Shown in pieces: positions 24,201 through 37,430 of a DNA stretch of 64,000 bases; position 1 is the stretch's first letter; every line of letters begins with the position of its first letter. A program made the translations under genes and the position numbers. Location of the stretch: NCBI GenBank assembly GCA_002269645.1, contig NIVC01000751.1, positions 124,001 through 188,000 on the forward strand, in the 5' to 3' direction. Under the pieces are notes generated by a model. That model made no database searches and was not told the DNA's origin. It saw only the letters and a list, made by a program, of their open reading frames with translations. This stretch comes from Macrostomum lignano. Lineage: Eukaryota.

Positions 24201-27200
24201 AGCAGGCGCTCTTCCTCTGTCAGCCGGTCCGTGAGGGCCTGCGGGAAAGGAGGGGCCGGTTGCAGACAGACAGACAGAGACATACACTAAGACAGACAAA
24301 CAGACAGACAGACTATAAGACAGGCGAAGACAGACAAATGGCAGACACTATGAAAGACACAATGGCAGACACTATGAAAGACACAATGGCAGACACTAAG
24401 ACAGACACAATGGCAGACACTATGGAAAACACTATGGCAGACACTGGAAGACACTAAGACAGACACTATGGCAGACACAATGGAAGACACTAAGACAGAC
24501 ACAATGGAAGACACTAAGACAGACACAATGGAAGACACTATGGCAGACACTAAGACAGACACAATGGAAGACACTATGGCAGACACAATGGAAGACACTA
24601 TGGAAGACACTATGGAAGACACTATGGCAGACACAATGGAAGACACTATGGCAGACACAATGGAAGACACTATGGCAGACACTATGGCAGACACAATGGA
24701 AGACACTATGGCAGACACAATGGAAGACACTATGGCAGACACTAAGACAGACACAATGGAAGACACTATGGCAGACACTAAGACAGAGACAATGGAAGAC
24801 ACTATGGCAGACACTATGGCAGACACTATGGAAGACACTATAGAAGACACTATGGCAGACACAATGGAAGACACAATGGAAGACACTATGGCAGACACAA
24901 TGGAAGACACTATGGAAGACACTATGGCAGACACAATGGAAGACACTATGGCAGACACAATGGAAGACACAATGGAAGATACTATGGCAGACACAATGGC
25001 AGACACAATGGCAGATACTATGGCAGGCACTAAAACAGACACTATGACAGACACTGGCAGACACTAAGACACTAATGACCAGTCTCACCTGAAGACGCTC
25101 CTTCTCCTTCTTCTTCTTATTGGTCTGCATGGCGGCATTGTCCTCCACCGATTTGAGCTGAGTTTCAATCGCCTGCCTCTGCCGCTTGTAGGCCTCTTTA
25201 GGCACCTCCAAATCGCAGCATTGCAGCGTCCAGAATGTGACAAAGAATTCGATGTTCAGATCGTCCCAAACTTTTTTAGGATAGAGGCCGCGAACTTTCT
25301 CGGAAACCTCGCGGGTAACCTCCACGGAGGCGTCAACGAATGAGGTGATTTCTAGCGGGTCCACAGACTGAGCGTCCTGGGCTGGGCCTTCTGCGGGAAG
25401 GGCGGACGAACAAGCATCAGTACAAAAATGCTAGAGGACTACTTTTAGTAGACGTGAGTTTTTCAAAGGGGATAGTTTATTTTGATTAAATTGATACTGA
25501 GCTGAAATATTGACTTAGGCACTATAGTCACATTGAACGGTAACATGATGACCCGGAACAAAACGGTCACAAAATATGGACACAAATGGTAACCGGTGAC
25601 CATGACGGTTACAAAAACGGTCACAGCCCCTATTTGTGACCATTCCCGTTTTATACGGGGGGGGTGAGATTTCAGGCACTATAGTGAGATTCAGGCACAA
25701 GCGGGGTGAGATTCAGATACAAGACGGGTGACATTTTAGGCACTATAGGGGTGAGACTCAGATACAAGAGGGGTAAGATTCAGGCAAAAGAGGGGTGAGA
25801 CTCAGATATAAGAGAGATGAGATTCAGGCACTATAGGGGTGAGATTCAGGCACAAGAAGGGTGAGATTTCAGGCACTATATAGGGGCGAGATTCAGATGC
25901 AAGGGGTGATATTCAGGCACAAGAGGGGTAAGATTCAGGCTCAAGAGGGGTGAGATTCATACAAGAGGGATGAGATTCAGGCACAAGAGGGATGAGATTC
26001 AGGCACAAGAGGGATGAGATTCAGGCACAAGAGGGTGAGATTCAGGCACTATAGGGGTGAGACTCAGGGCTCCACCATCCCCAACTCTAACTCACTGTCG
26101 CCGCCACCGTCAGCCGATTCAGCCGATGCAGCAGCAGCAGCAGAAGCAGAAGCCGCAGCTTCCCTCTTGCCAGCCCTCAGCTTCCTGTCGCACAGCTGGT
26201 TAATAGTGTGAGCAAAGCCGCTTCTCAACAGGTAGAAGGCGGCATCAGCTGGCACGTGATAGACGTTGATCAGCTGATCGATGCTAGGGCACTGGGCTAC
26301 AAACTCGTCAGTAGATAGCTGCAGCGACAGGAATATGCCGAACTGTATGAGCACGTCCTGGCAGTTGTCGTACAGCCGGCCGCACTGTTTCACGTGACGC
26401 TCGGTTGGTTCGCCGTTGAACACAACGCAGTCGCGCTGCTGAGCCAGCAGGAATACAAATGGCAGTACAAGGCCGTGCTCCATCAGCAGCTCTTTTAGTC
26501 GGCTGCTGGACTTCTTTGTGTTGCGCACCTGGATGATTTTGGATGCGTCTATTTTGTTTGTTTGAAGAAGCAAATTCTAAGAAATGAGTTTGAGGTACCA
26601 ATTCTAAGAAATGATTTTTGAGGGCCAAATTCTAAGAAATGATTTTTGAGGGCCAAATTCTGAAATGATTTTCATTGAGGTATCAATTCTAAGAAATGAT
26701 TTTCATTGAGGTACTAATTCTAAGAAATGATTTTTGAGGGCCAAATTCTAAGAAATGATTTTCATTGAGGTATCAATTCTAAGAAATGATTTTCATTGAG
26801 GTACTAATTCTAAGAAATGATTTTCATTGAGGTACTAATTCTAAGAAATGTTTTTTGAGGGCCAAATTCTAAGAAATAGTGTTATAGTGTAATAGTGAGA
26901 AATGATTTTCATTGAGGTACTAATTCTAAGAAATGAATTTCGAGGGACTAATTCTAAGAAATGATTTTCATTGAGGTATCAATTCCAAGAAATGAATTTC
27001 GAGGGACTAATTCCTAAGTCTGGAGAGTCTAATTCTAAGAAATAATTTAAGAGCTGATTGAAATAAATGATTTTGAGAATTAAATTTATACAAATGATTT
27101 AGCAGTAGTAAATTCAAGTAAATATTTGAGAGCCATAACACTAATCACCCCATACCTGAGAGAAATATCCGCCCTCAACTCTGAGCAGTTCGCCGCCCAG

Positions 27201-30200
27201 CATAGCTTCCAACTGCTCCTCCGTGACCTCCTCTGACACTTCAATGCCGGTCATTTTGTGCAGAATTTCGCGCACCAACAGCAGATCGGCGCAGCGCTTG
27301 TTCTTCAACTGATTCAAGGCGTACTGAAAGCAGCCGGCCAAATCGAATGTGTACTTCTTACACATAGCGCCAACGAATGTGCTCAGTGTGAGCAGTCTTG
27401 GACTGTCCTCTGAGCTGTCAGCCAGAGCTTCGATAATGCAATAGGCAAGTACATCGAGACCGAGACTGTTCAGGTAGCGAAATGAGTCCACAACTGGTGT
27501 AACCAGATTGTCGTAGCGGGTGATCTGCTCGATCACTACTTCGAATAGTGGGCCAGGGTTCGAGTGGCTGAGCTTGCCCAGCTGCCGGCCCTGCTGTTTC
27601 ACGTTGTCCTTGGTTAGACGCTTCATCACGTATCTGCAAAATGTAGCCAATTCATTAATAGTGCAATAGAATCCGTATGAGGGCTTCGGTTTGTGATTTA
27701 TGACTTCGATTTATGACTTTCCGATTGTGATTCTGGAGTTGGGATTTCTGGGCTCAGGATTGGGATTTCTGGGCTCAGGATTGGGATTTCTGGGCTCAGG
27801 GTTGGGATTTCTGGGTTCGGAATCGGGACTTACGGATTCGGAATCGGGACTTACGGATTCGGAATCGGGACTTACGGATTCGGAATCGGGATTTATGGAT
27901 TCGGAATCGGGACTTACAGATTCGGAATCGGGACTTACGGATTCGGAATCGGGACTTATAGATTCGGAATCGGGACTTATAGATTCGGAATTGGGACTTA
28001 TGGATTCGGAATCGGGACCTACGGATTCGGAATCGAGAAGCTTACTTGGCCCGTCCGGTGACCTCAGCCCGGCGCCGGATCATGGCCGGGTGCATGCCTG
28101 GCGCCTCCGCTGCCTTCCACTGGCCGTAGAGTCTGTAGCGGAGATCGAATGGCAGATGGCGAACCAGAGACCAGACCAGCTCGCCCAGAGGGCAATTAGC
28201 TTCGCTGAGACTGAGCGCCGGCAGGATGCACTCGTCTAGCAGGTTGAACACGGCCTGTGCATGCGCGTGGATTGAAAGGGGCTCTGGATTGAATGCGCTG
28301 CTGACACAAGAGAGTGACAGATGGATGACACAAAAGAGTGAACAGACGGGTGATACAAGAGTGACAGATGGATGACACAAAAGAGTGAACAGATGGGTGA
28401 TACAAGAGTGACAGATGGATGACACAAGAGTGAAAGATGGATAGCACAAGAGAGTGACAGACGGGTGACACAAGAGAGTAAAATAAATAGGGTGTGACAG
28501 AAGTTGTCACAGACAGATGCAGAGAGTGAACAGACAGGTGCAGGGAGTGAACAGACAAAATACCCAAAAGCTACCTGAAAAGCGGCATCAATAACCGCGG
28601 ACTGCCCAGCCTTAGCTCTGGCAGCTAGGAAAGCCTCAGCCAAGCGGCACAGCTTAGCAACCAGTGCTGAATCCAGGCACACAGCCGGTCCCAGATAAGA
28701 CAATAGCTGAGCAACATTCTTCAAAGCTTCGCCAGGCTCAGCCGAGCTCAACAGATGATCGGCGACAGCAATGGGAGCCCGGTGCGAGCGAACGCAAGCG
28801 GGCAGCCGGCAGACGGTAGCGTAGGCGGACTCAATAACGGCGTGACCGATAGTGCAGAGCCGCCGGTTCAATGCCGGGTGACAGCCGGCTATGCCCGACG
28901 GGAATTTATCCAATAATACTCGAGCGCTATTGAAGTCGCCAGCCTCTAACAGGGCTTCGGCCAGGCCTAGCAGCTGATTGTGAGCAAACTGGGCGCCGGC
29001 TGGGCCTTGCAGTAGGTCGGCCACGGCGCTACCGGCCACCAGGTTGGATTCCGGGTCTGGGTCAGCAGCAGCCGCTGACGAGGAATCTGCGGCGTCTAAA
29101 TCGATGGCCGTTGAAGGTGTCGCTCCGGTTGTGTGCTGCTGCTGGTGCTGCTCTGACTGCTGCATCAGCGGCGGCGCCATCGGCTGAGCCGGCTGACTCG
29201 GTCGGAAGCCGGGGACTGCGAGCTGGATAGTGTAGGAAATTGGGAGCGAGTTTCAAATGGGGGACTGGTAATTATCACCCGAGTTTCAGGCCGATTCGAG
29301 CTGAAGGGCCATGTTGAGACATAGCGATTCTCAGCTGAGACAGGGCGATTCTCAGATGAGACAGGGCGATTCTCAGATGAGACAGGGCGATTCTCAGTTG
29401 AAACAGGGCGATTCTCAGTTGAAACAGGGCGATTCTCAGTTGAGACAGGGCGATTATCAGCTGAGACAGGGCGATTATCAGCTGAGACAGGGCGATTATC
29501 AGCTGAGACAGGGCGATTATCAGCTGAGACAGGGCGAGTCTCAGCTGAGACAGGGCGAGTCTCAGCTAAGGCAGGGCGATTCTCAGTTGAGACAGGGCGA
29601 TTCTCAGTTGAGACAGGGGACTCTTATATTAAACAGGGCGATTCTCAGATGAGGGAGGGCAATTCTAAGATCTAAGATGAGGGATGGCGATTCTAAGATA
29701 AGGGCGATTCTAAGATAAGGGCGATTCTAAGATAAGGGCAATTCTAAGATAAGGGCGATTCTAAGATAAGGGCGATTCTAAAATAAGGGCGATTCTAAGA
29801 TAAAAGCGATCCTAAGATAAGGGCGATTCAAAGATAAGGGCGATTCTAAAATAAGGGCGATTCTAAGATAAGGGCGATTCTAAGATAAGGGCGATTCTAA
29901 GATAAGGGCGATTCTAAGATAAGGGCGATTCTAAGATAAGGGCGATTCTAAAATAAGGGTGATTCTAAGATAAGGGCGATCCTAAGATAAGGGCGATTCA
30001 AAGATAAGGGCGATTCTAAGATAAGGGCGATTCTAAGATAAGGGCGATTCTAAAATAAGGGCGATTCTAAGATAAGGGCGATTCAAAGATAAGGGCGATT
30101 CAAAGATAAGGGCGATTCTAAAATAAGGGCGATTTTAAGGTAAGGGTGATTCTAAGATAAGGGCGATTCTAAGATAAGGGCGATTCTAAGATAAGGGCGA

Positions 30201-32031
30201 TTCTAAGATAAGAGCGATTCTAAGATAAGGGCGATCTGTGACTGGTTTGAAGACGATTCTACATTTCTACGGATAGAGGGTTAATTATTATTAATATTTT
30301 TAAAAAGCTTTCTGCTCCGAAAAATAGCAAAATTGAAACTCTCTCAAGGCCAAGTATGCCTGTAACGTTCAACATTACACCGAGAACAAGAGCCAGCCAC
30401 CAACCTGATCCAGATTGACATCAAGCGCCGCAGCGTCCAAGAGAGGCGCACTGGCCGCCGCTTTCCTAGCATATTTCCTAGCCTCTTGAAGCTGCTGTGT
30501 CAGCAGTGGCTCCATCTCGGACATGCTCGGCCACAGGTGAGGCAGCAGCAGTCGCAGTTCGGCCAGTTTGGATTTCACAGCCGCAGCGCAGACTCTGTAC
30601 AGTCCGGTAGGGGTTGCAGCGCCCTGATAAAAGGTGAACTTGTGACCCAGCAGTTGGCAGAGGTCGGCCGGGTTGGGCCTGTAGAGTCTGACCATGTCCA
30701 GCAGTTGCTCAGCCTCGTCTGAACGAACTTCGCAAGCGTCAAGGACCAGGTCCAGGACTCGGTTCGGGTCCAAGTCGAAGCACCCGATTAAGGCCTGTGG
30801 GGATGGGGCGGAATTGCCGAGTTCGAATTTGATTCGATTTTGAGATCCCGAGTCTGAGATAACGATTCCGAAATCCCGCTTTCGATATCTAGACTCTGAA
30901 ATCCTGATTTCGAGTTTCGATTCTTAGACCCGATTCTGATATCTCGATTCTAAAATAAATCTCCCTCATCGATTGTGAGATCCCCGATTCTGAGATCCAG
31001 CTTCCGAGATCCCAATTCCGACATCCTGATTCCGAGCTCCCGATTCTGAGATCCAGCTTCCGAGATCTCGATTCTGAGATCCCGATTCCGACATCCTGAT
31101 TCCGAGATCCCGATTCTGAGATCCAGCTTCCGAGATCTCGATTCTGAGATCCAGCTTCCGAGATCCCGATTCTGAGATCCAGCTTCCAAGATCCCGATTC
31201 TGAGATCCAGCTTCCGAGATCCCGATTCTGAGATCCAGCTTCCGAGATCCTGATTCTGAGATCCAGCTTCTAAAATCCCGATTTTGAGATCCCGCTAACC
31301 CGCTTCCGAGATCCCGATTCTGAGATCCCGCTTCCGAGATCCCGATTCTGAGATCCAGCTTCCGAGATCCTGATTCTGAGATCCAGCTTCTAAAATCCCG
31401 ATTCTGAGATTCAGCTTCCGAGATCCCGATTCTGAGAAGTTACATCATTAAAAGTGAATATATAAATGCAAAATACATTAAAGCCGCAACATACCTGCAA
31501 CCGAGGCAGAGCACTCTCGGGTGTCTGCTCACCGCTAGCCAGAGCGCCCAGCTCAACAATCAGCTTAGCAAAGCCTTCATTCTCTTCGCGTAGAAGATTA
31601 AATTTCTGCTGTTTATAGAACAGCCGAGTCTTCAGTTTAACGTAGCGACTTTGAAACGCTTGCTTACTAGCTATGATGTCGAGCTCTTCCAGCGTCTCGT
31701 CAGTTAGTCGTTCTTTTAACAACGGTTCAACAGTGAGCTGCATTGACTGACACTGGCGAATCAAAGCTAGCAGGCGTTGCCTCTCTGGAGAATTCTGCGA
31801 TTTCAGAGTAGTTTCTAAGTCTACTACGCTTAAAGCGTCAGCTAGCAGGCTCTCAAAATTAATAGAAGACAGAGTGCTCTCAGACTGCTGATGCTGTTGC
31901 ATCAGTTTAGCCAGAGCATTGGAGCAGTCTGGGGCAGATTTGCGTACGTGATCAGAGCACAGCTCATAAAGCTGCTGTTCAATATGGCTAGCTGCTATAC
32001 TGCCAGTCATTTCTGTGTCTGCTTTTGGCAT
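21226..32031 (-). CDS. THOC2: THO complex subunit 2, 10 exons, 1427 aa
   Basis: Exons 32031-31495, 30794-30405, 29222-28575, 28254-28046, 27633-27156, 26528-26096, 25390-25089, 24238-23718, 22567-22309, 21732-21226 total 4284 nt, in frame. THOC2 motifs [94 protein letters not shown] lies just after the stop (TTTATT at 21215-21220 on +). Confidence 0.95.
21880..22290. repeat. 20-21-bp minisatellite ATTGAATCTGTACATTCCCC, THOC2 intron 9
   Basis: Directly visible. Confidence 0.9.
22625..23700. repeat. 28/31-bp minisatellite GGCCCAGCAACTGAGGATCTGGGAGGCT, THOC2 intron 8
   Basis: Directly visible. Confidence 0.95.
24335..25070. repeat. 12-bp minisatellite ATGG(A/C)AGACAC(T/A), THOC2 intron 7
   Basis: Directly visible. 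Confidence 0.95.
25665..26065. repeat. About 22-bp minisatellite GAGATTCAGGCACAAGAGGGAT, THOC2 intron 6
   Basis: Directly visible. Confidence 0.9.
26572..27020. repeat. 28-32-bp minisatellite AATTCTAAGAAATGATTTTTGAGGGCCA, THOC2 intron 5
   Basis: Directly visible. Confidence 0.9.
27735..28035. repeat. Two adjacent 21-bp minisatellites, THOC2 intron 4
   Basis: GGGATTTCTGGGCTCAGGATT followed by GGGACTTACGGATTCGGAATC. Confidence 0.9.
28305..28500. repeat. 22-25-bp minisatellite GAGTGACAGATGGATGACACAA, THOC2 intron 3
   Basis: Directly visible. Confidence 0.85.
29315..30235. repeat. 21-bp GAGACAGGGCGATTCTCAGTT followed by 17-bp GGGCGATTCTAAGATAA arrays, THOC2 intron 2
   Basis: Directly visible. 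Confidence 0.95.
30830..31435. repeat. 28-bp minisatellite GATCCCGATTCTGAGATCCAGCTTCCGA, THOC2 intron 1
   Basis: Directly visible. Confidence 0.9.
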
Positions 32032-33489
32032 GCGTTTTATAGAATAATGAAGATCAATTGTGAAAGTGAAATCAATGCAGATATGATAGGGCAATCAGAT
32101 TGGTTAAAAAAAGAAAAATATGTTTTCGAATTTCTAAGTGCATGGACTTTCTTTTAATTTGAGCTAATATTTAATATTAACAATTAATTGCATCTGTATA
32201 CAGCTGTTCAGTCCAAGAACTGGGGGGGGGTTGCCTTATGCCCTCAATTATTCAATTATCAGAATCCTAAAAAATGATGTTTAAAGCAAAAAAGCATTGC
32301 TTTGAATGCCTGCTATCTAGCCTAAGATATCAGCATCCCCAGCTTATGAGCTTTAGCATTAAAGCCTCATTTCAAGTTGTAGCTTAATAGTTATTATTTT
32401 TCTCACAATTCAAAGGCAATAAACAAAAGATCCCCTAAGAGCTTTGCTTCAAAGCATCTGAGCAATTCTCATGAACCACAGCATTTTAATAATACCCTAT
32501 GAGCCTTGACTTCTTACTAAAACATCATAATTTTGCACTTAACTTAAAAATGCAGATCTATATAAGTTATACATGAAGATTTGTAGAATTTGTGCAATAT
32601 AAAAAAACCCACAAATTGTTTTCTAGTTGCTAACATTATACTTTTGCAAATATTGAGTACTGACAATAACATGTAAACAAAATATGAATTAAGTAAACAA
32701 ATATTTGAATATTCATTAAAGTGGAAGAATTCATAAAAATTCCTTATATATGTATTAAAAAACACAAGATTCTATCACTGATAAATGTCATTTGCAAACA
32801 AATAAGATGAATAAAAATGTTTTTTTATAATTTAATTATTAATAACATATGTTTAGACTTGGTAAAAGTTTGTTTAGTGCATTATAAGATTAGATTCAAA
32901 TAGAAGAGTCAAAAAGAATAGATAAGATCTCAATCTTGCAATTGATATTCAAGATTTAGACTTTTTCTCAATCAAAACTTAATTGATTAAATCTCTTTTT
33001 TTTACCTAAGATATAAAATAATGTAACAAAGAGCCCTGCCTAAGTTGGATGTCAGTATTTTGAATATAGCATAGAAATTTAGATATCAATATAAACATGT
33101 TGAATCAGATTAATTTATATTAGTACCAAAAATTCAACTTACTTTTGAGTCACTCATATTAATAATTTTAGCAATAATTTGGAAATATGGTGCTCTCTGA
33201 AAATGCTAGGTTTTTTCAAATAAAGGTTTTTTGAACAAAAGTGCAAAAGGTTTAGTTTTGTTTTTTAATACAGTAAAATTTATTTAAATAGGGCCTAAAA
33301 CTACAATTTTAAGTTTTTAGCTTTGCCTTATTTGAATTAAGAATCTAAATCACTATAGTCTAATAATAATAAAATTCCAAAATGATAATATAATGAAAAC
33401 CATACAAAAATCTTCAATTTACATTTAGTATTAGGCCTAGGCTACATTGGCATTTACAAAAATTTAATTTTTTTTCCAAGGTCTATATA

Positions 33490-34802
33490 CGAGGGGTGAC
33501 CAAAAAGTTCTGCAACCTTTTGTTATAGCTTTTAGTTATAGAATCGGCAAAAGCCAAAAACTTACACATATGTGGCTATATCTGTTTGCTATATTTATAT
33601 GCATTTTTGGCTTCCAAATGTGCTCCAGTAAAATTTCACAGCCATATATTTTCCATGTGTTTTCAGTAGCTGATGGAAACATCAAGACAGTGTTCGCTTC
33701 TATATCTTTATGTGGATGCAACTTGGTTGCAAAGTGACTGAGATTCACACCGATCTGGTGAATGTTTTAGCTGACTCTGCTCCATCATTTGACACGGTTG
33801 CCCGCTGGCTGCGCCATTTCTTGGAAGGCTGAGACAGCTTCAACAATGAACCGAGGTCTGGCCGACCCCGGACATCCGTGACCGAAGATGTCGTGGCCCA
33901 TGCCGATGCAATAATTCGTGAGGATTGGAGCATTATGCTGAGATTCCTTGCCTATGAGCTTGGTGTCAGCTATGGAAGTGCTCATAACATCATGCATGAG
34001 CAACTGGACCACACAAAGATCTGCGCTTGGTGGGTACCCCATCTTCTCACTCCGGAGCAGCAAGCAGAGAGGGTGAGCATCTGTCGCTTGTGGGTGCAAA
34101 TGTTTAAGCCCCACGGCCCACGACGACTGTCGGATGTCATCACAGGAGACGAATGTTGTATCTCCTTCTTTACCATGAAGGATAAGCAGTCCAACATGGT
34201 CTGGCTGGCAGAAGATGAGCCCGAGGCCCAAGGTGCTGAAGACCGGATTCTGTAGTCGGAAGCGGATGTTCATTTTTTCAACTCTCAGGGTGTTGTATCG
34301 GTGAACATCCTTTCAGCGGGTGCCACAGTGACTGCCAGGTACTACACAGACACCGTTCTGCCAGGCGTGCTGCAGGAGCGGCAGGAATGTGCGCGAACCA
34401 GGCATGGACCTCGACTCCTGCTGCACCATGACAATGCGGCACCGCACAGAGCGGCCTGAACTATGGCGTACCTGTAGCAGCAGGGGGTCCAGCTGCTGCC
34501 CCATCCACCCTACTCTCCAGACCTAGCACCATGCGAATTTTGGCTGTTCCCGAGGATCAAATCTGTCATTTCTGGGAGGCCATTTTCACGCATGCAAGAC
34601 CTTGCCCAAGCGGTACATTCAGCTCTACAGGGTATACCAACTTCGGAGTACCATGACTGCTTTCAGACATGGTGCACACGCATGCGACGGTGCATAGATA
34701 ATGGTGGAAAGTACTTTGAGGGAATGTGACACTGATTAGACGCCTCGGCTGCTGTAGCACTGAGTTGTGAGGTCACTTGCAGAACTTTTTGATCACCCCT
34801 CG
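33490..34802 (+). mobile_element. Mariner DNA transposon, 1313 bp, disrupted transposase
   Basis: 26-bp TIRs CGAGGGGTGA(C/T)CAAAAAGTTCTGCAA with 1 mismatch; TA duplications at 33488-89 and 34803-04. Motifs RSGRP, WVPHLL, ITGDE, HHDNA, YSPDLAP; stops, a frameshift near 34220, and the third catalytic Asp reads Glu (PCEF). Confidence 0.95.
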
Positions 34803-35100
34803 TAGAGTCTTCCAAACTATTGGGTTTATATAACCTATAAAATTAATAAAGTCTAAAGTTAAAATTTTAAAGTCTTACAAAGTCTTATATCAATGTATTA
34901 TATTTAGAGTCTATTACAAAAAATATCACATTTAAAAAAAATTCAACATTATCAAACCTCCAGAATCTAGCTAGTTAGAAATATGAGCACATCTAAATTC
35001 TAAGACATTAATTTTATTTATATCCTATTAAACATATTTTTGTTTAAAATTATTATAACACAATATCACTCTATCAATTGAATTTGGCCTATTTATTAAA

Positions 35101-37430
35101 TAAAGGCAGTTGTTATTTGTCCGGTTATTGGACAATAGCCATGTTTCTTATTTATCTGGTTAATACCAGACAAATAGGCATTTTGTTATTTGTCCAATTA
35201 AATTGATATTCTATTTTATAGAAACTACAAGTGGATATGCCTGGACTTTAAAGACTTTTAACTTGTATCTTGATTATTATGTTGTTATACTAGTGTATGT
35301 CACGAATATAACTTTGGCCTTTAACTTTTCTGTCAACTTTTTGTTAACTTTTCTGTTAACTCTTCTGTCAACAATTCTGTCAACTTTTCGTGTTAGTAGG
35401 ATAAATAAACTTTATCCATCAACTATTCCATCAACTTTTCCATTAACTTTTCCATTAAGTATTCCATAAACTTTTTCATTAACTATTCCATCAAGTATTC
35501 CAATAAATTTTTCTGTTAACTCTTCTGTCAACATTTCTGTTTACTATTCCGTTTCCTTTTTCGCCAAATATCTCATCACTTTTTCATTAACTATTTCATC
35601 AACATTTATGCAAGTCCGTAAAATATATTCTATCAAATTTTTTGTGTACTCTGAATGGAAAGTGTTAATTTTTTGCATAAGTGCAGTTTCCTTAGCAATT
35701 TTTTATACATGCTTTAAATTTGTTGAGTATACACATATACATGTATAAATTATAAATAAAAAGCATACGCAAAAATTTCCAGTGCAACATGTTCCAGAAT
35801 TTAATTGGTATTGCTGCACTACCTGCACTACAACATCTACACTTGTTCATTGATTTATCTTTGTGAAATAAAGCGCTGGTACTAGGGAAAATGGAAAAGA
35901 TGTACGTTGTTACTAACGCAGGCTTGTTTTTTCATCGATATATATAAGCATGCAAACACAATAAATGATCAAAGAGCTACTTGCATGATGATCCTATTTG
36001 AGAAAGTCACATATGTTTTTTCAGAACAATAAATTGTTGACGGAAAATTTGATGGAATACTTGACAGAAAAGTTGACAGAATAATTAACGGAAAAGTTGA
36101 TGGAAAAGTTGACGGAAAAGTTGATGTAAAGTTGATGGCCAAAGTTATACTCGTGTGTATGTCTATAAAGTATTTTTGTATATCATTTGAATGTATACTT
36201 TTTATATATAATTTATCTTGTGTTCCTAGAAATTATCTATTAATTATTTTAGTTACTGCTTATTCAGGAGTGTTTCTTTTTTTGTGATACTTATTGTATG
36301 TATCTTATTACTATTGTTTTACTGAATGTTAATTCCTATTGTATTTGAAACACGAATATGCTATGTTTGGTGTTAGAGTTCTTAGGTGCTATGGTAATTT
36401 ATAGAGTAGGGGGCCTAGCATAGTTGTTTCTGAATTTGAGTCCATCTAATTTAAATAATATATCTAATTACAGTAATTACTTATATTGCACAAATAGATT
36501 ATACAAATATATATGGAATAATTTTAGGCAGATTTCACCTACCAAGCCAAGGATACATTCATTCATTCATTTGTTATCACAACAAATATTGTTTGAATTG
36601 TTTGATTTCAAGTTTTTTTACATGTCTTATATTTAATATAATACTAAATTATGCCAAATTGCATATAGTATGCATTACACATATACTGCTTGGTTTGCAC
36701 TAGTTATAACAAATAACAAAATATGAATTAATTAATTAATATTAATTTGTATAAACTTGTATAAATTTATATAAACTAAAATTTTGTAATTACTTAGGAT
36801 ACAAGAAAGGTAATGGCTAGAGTTCCGGCAATGGAACCTATTTTCTAATAGCTAGGGATCCGGCAGTGCCATATAGAAGCATATAAAGACTGCTAAGAAC
36901 ATATCTTAAGAAGTCTGAATATTAGAAGCATCTCGTCCCGAATCTTATCATATCGTCTTAAATTTTAATCTAAAACAAAATCTCAATATCAGCCACCTGT
37001 AGAAAGAAAAATATAATGTTCCATCAATATTATAATGGCACTGCCGGATCCGTAGCTATTAGAAAATGGGTTCCAGTGCCGGAACTCTAGCCATTGCCTA
37101 CAAGAAAAGCATGGGTAATGGAAGCTTGCGGCACCGGGGGCATGTGTCCCCTTCCCCCCCCCCAGAAAATGAGTCCATGTGGTCATTTTTAGTTTTTTTC
37201 TGATTTTAAGTCCTAATTAGCAGCTTATAAAGGTACCTGTGCCCCCCTTGCCCTGTGCCTGGTGCCCTCGCTCAAATATTAGGCTCCGCCACCCCTGAAG
37301 AAAAGGTTTTAAAAATCTAGAATATTATCACTAAACAAATAGATAGGCTACTTGTGTTAGCAATTTAACCGGACAAATAGCAAAAAGGCTATTTGTCTGG
37401 TCACCAGACAAATAACAACTGCTTTAAATA
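35101..37430. mobile_element. Possible AT-rich foldback element with nested inverted repeats
   Basis: About 40-bp imperfect IR at 35101-35140 / 37387-37430; inner IR at 35301-35345 / 36110-36155 with subterminal CCATCAAC-like repeats. Confidence 0.4.
36812..37095. mobile_element. Small foldback/MITE-like element
   Basis: 61-bp inverted arms at 36812-36872 and 37035-37095 with 3 mismatches; no clear TSD. Confidence 0.6.

Noticed and set aside
24432-25067. MEDT/MADT and CHSV/CHCV repeat ORFs
   Set aside because: 12-bp repeat inside THOC2 intron 7; the flanking exons join in phase without it.
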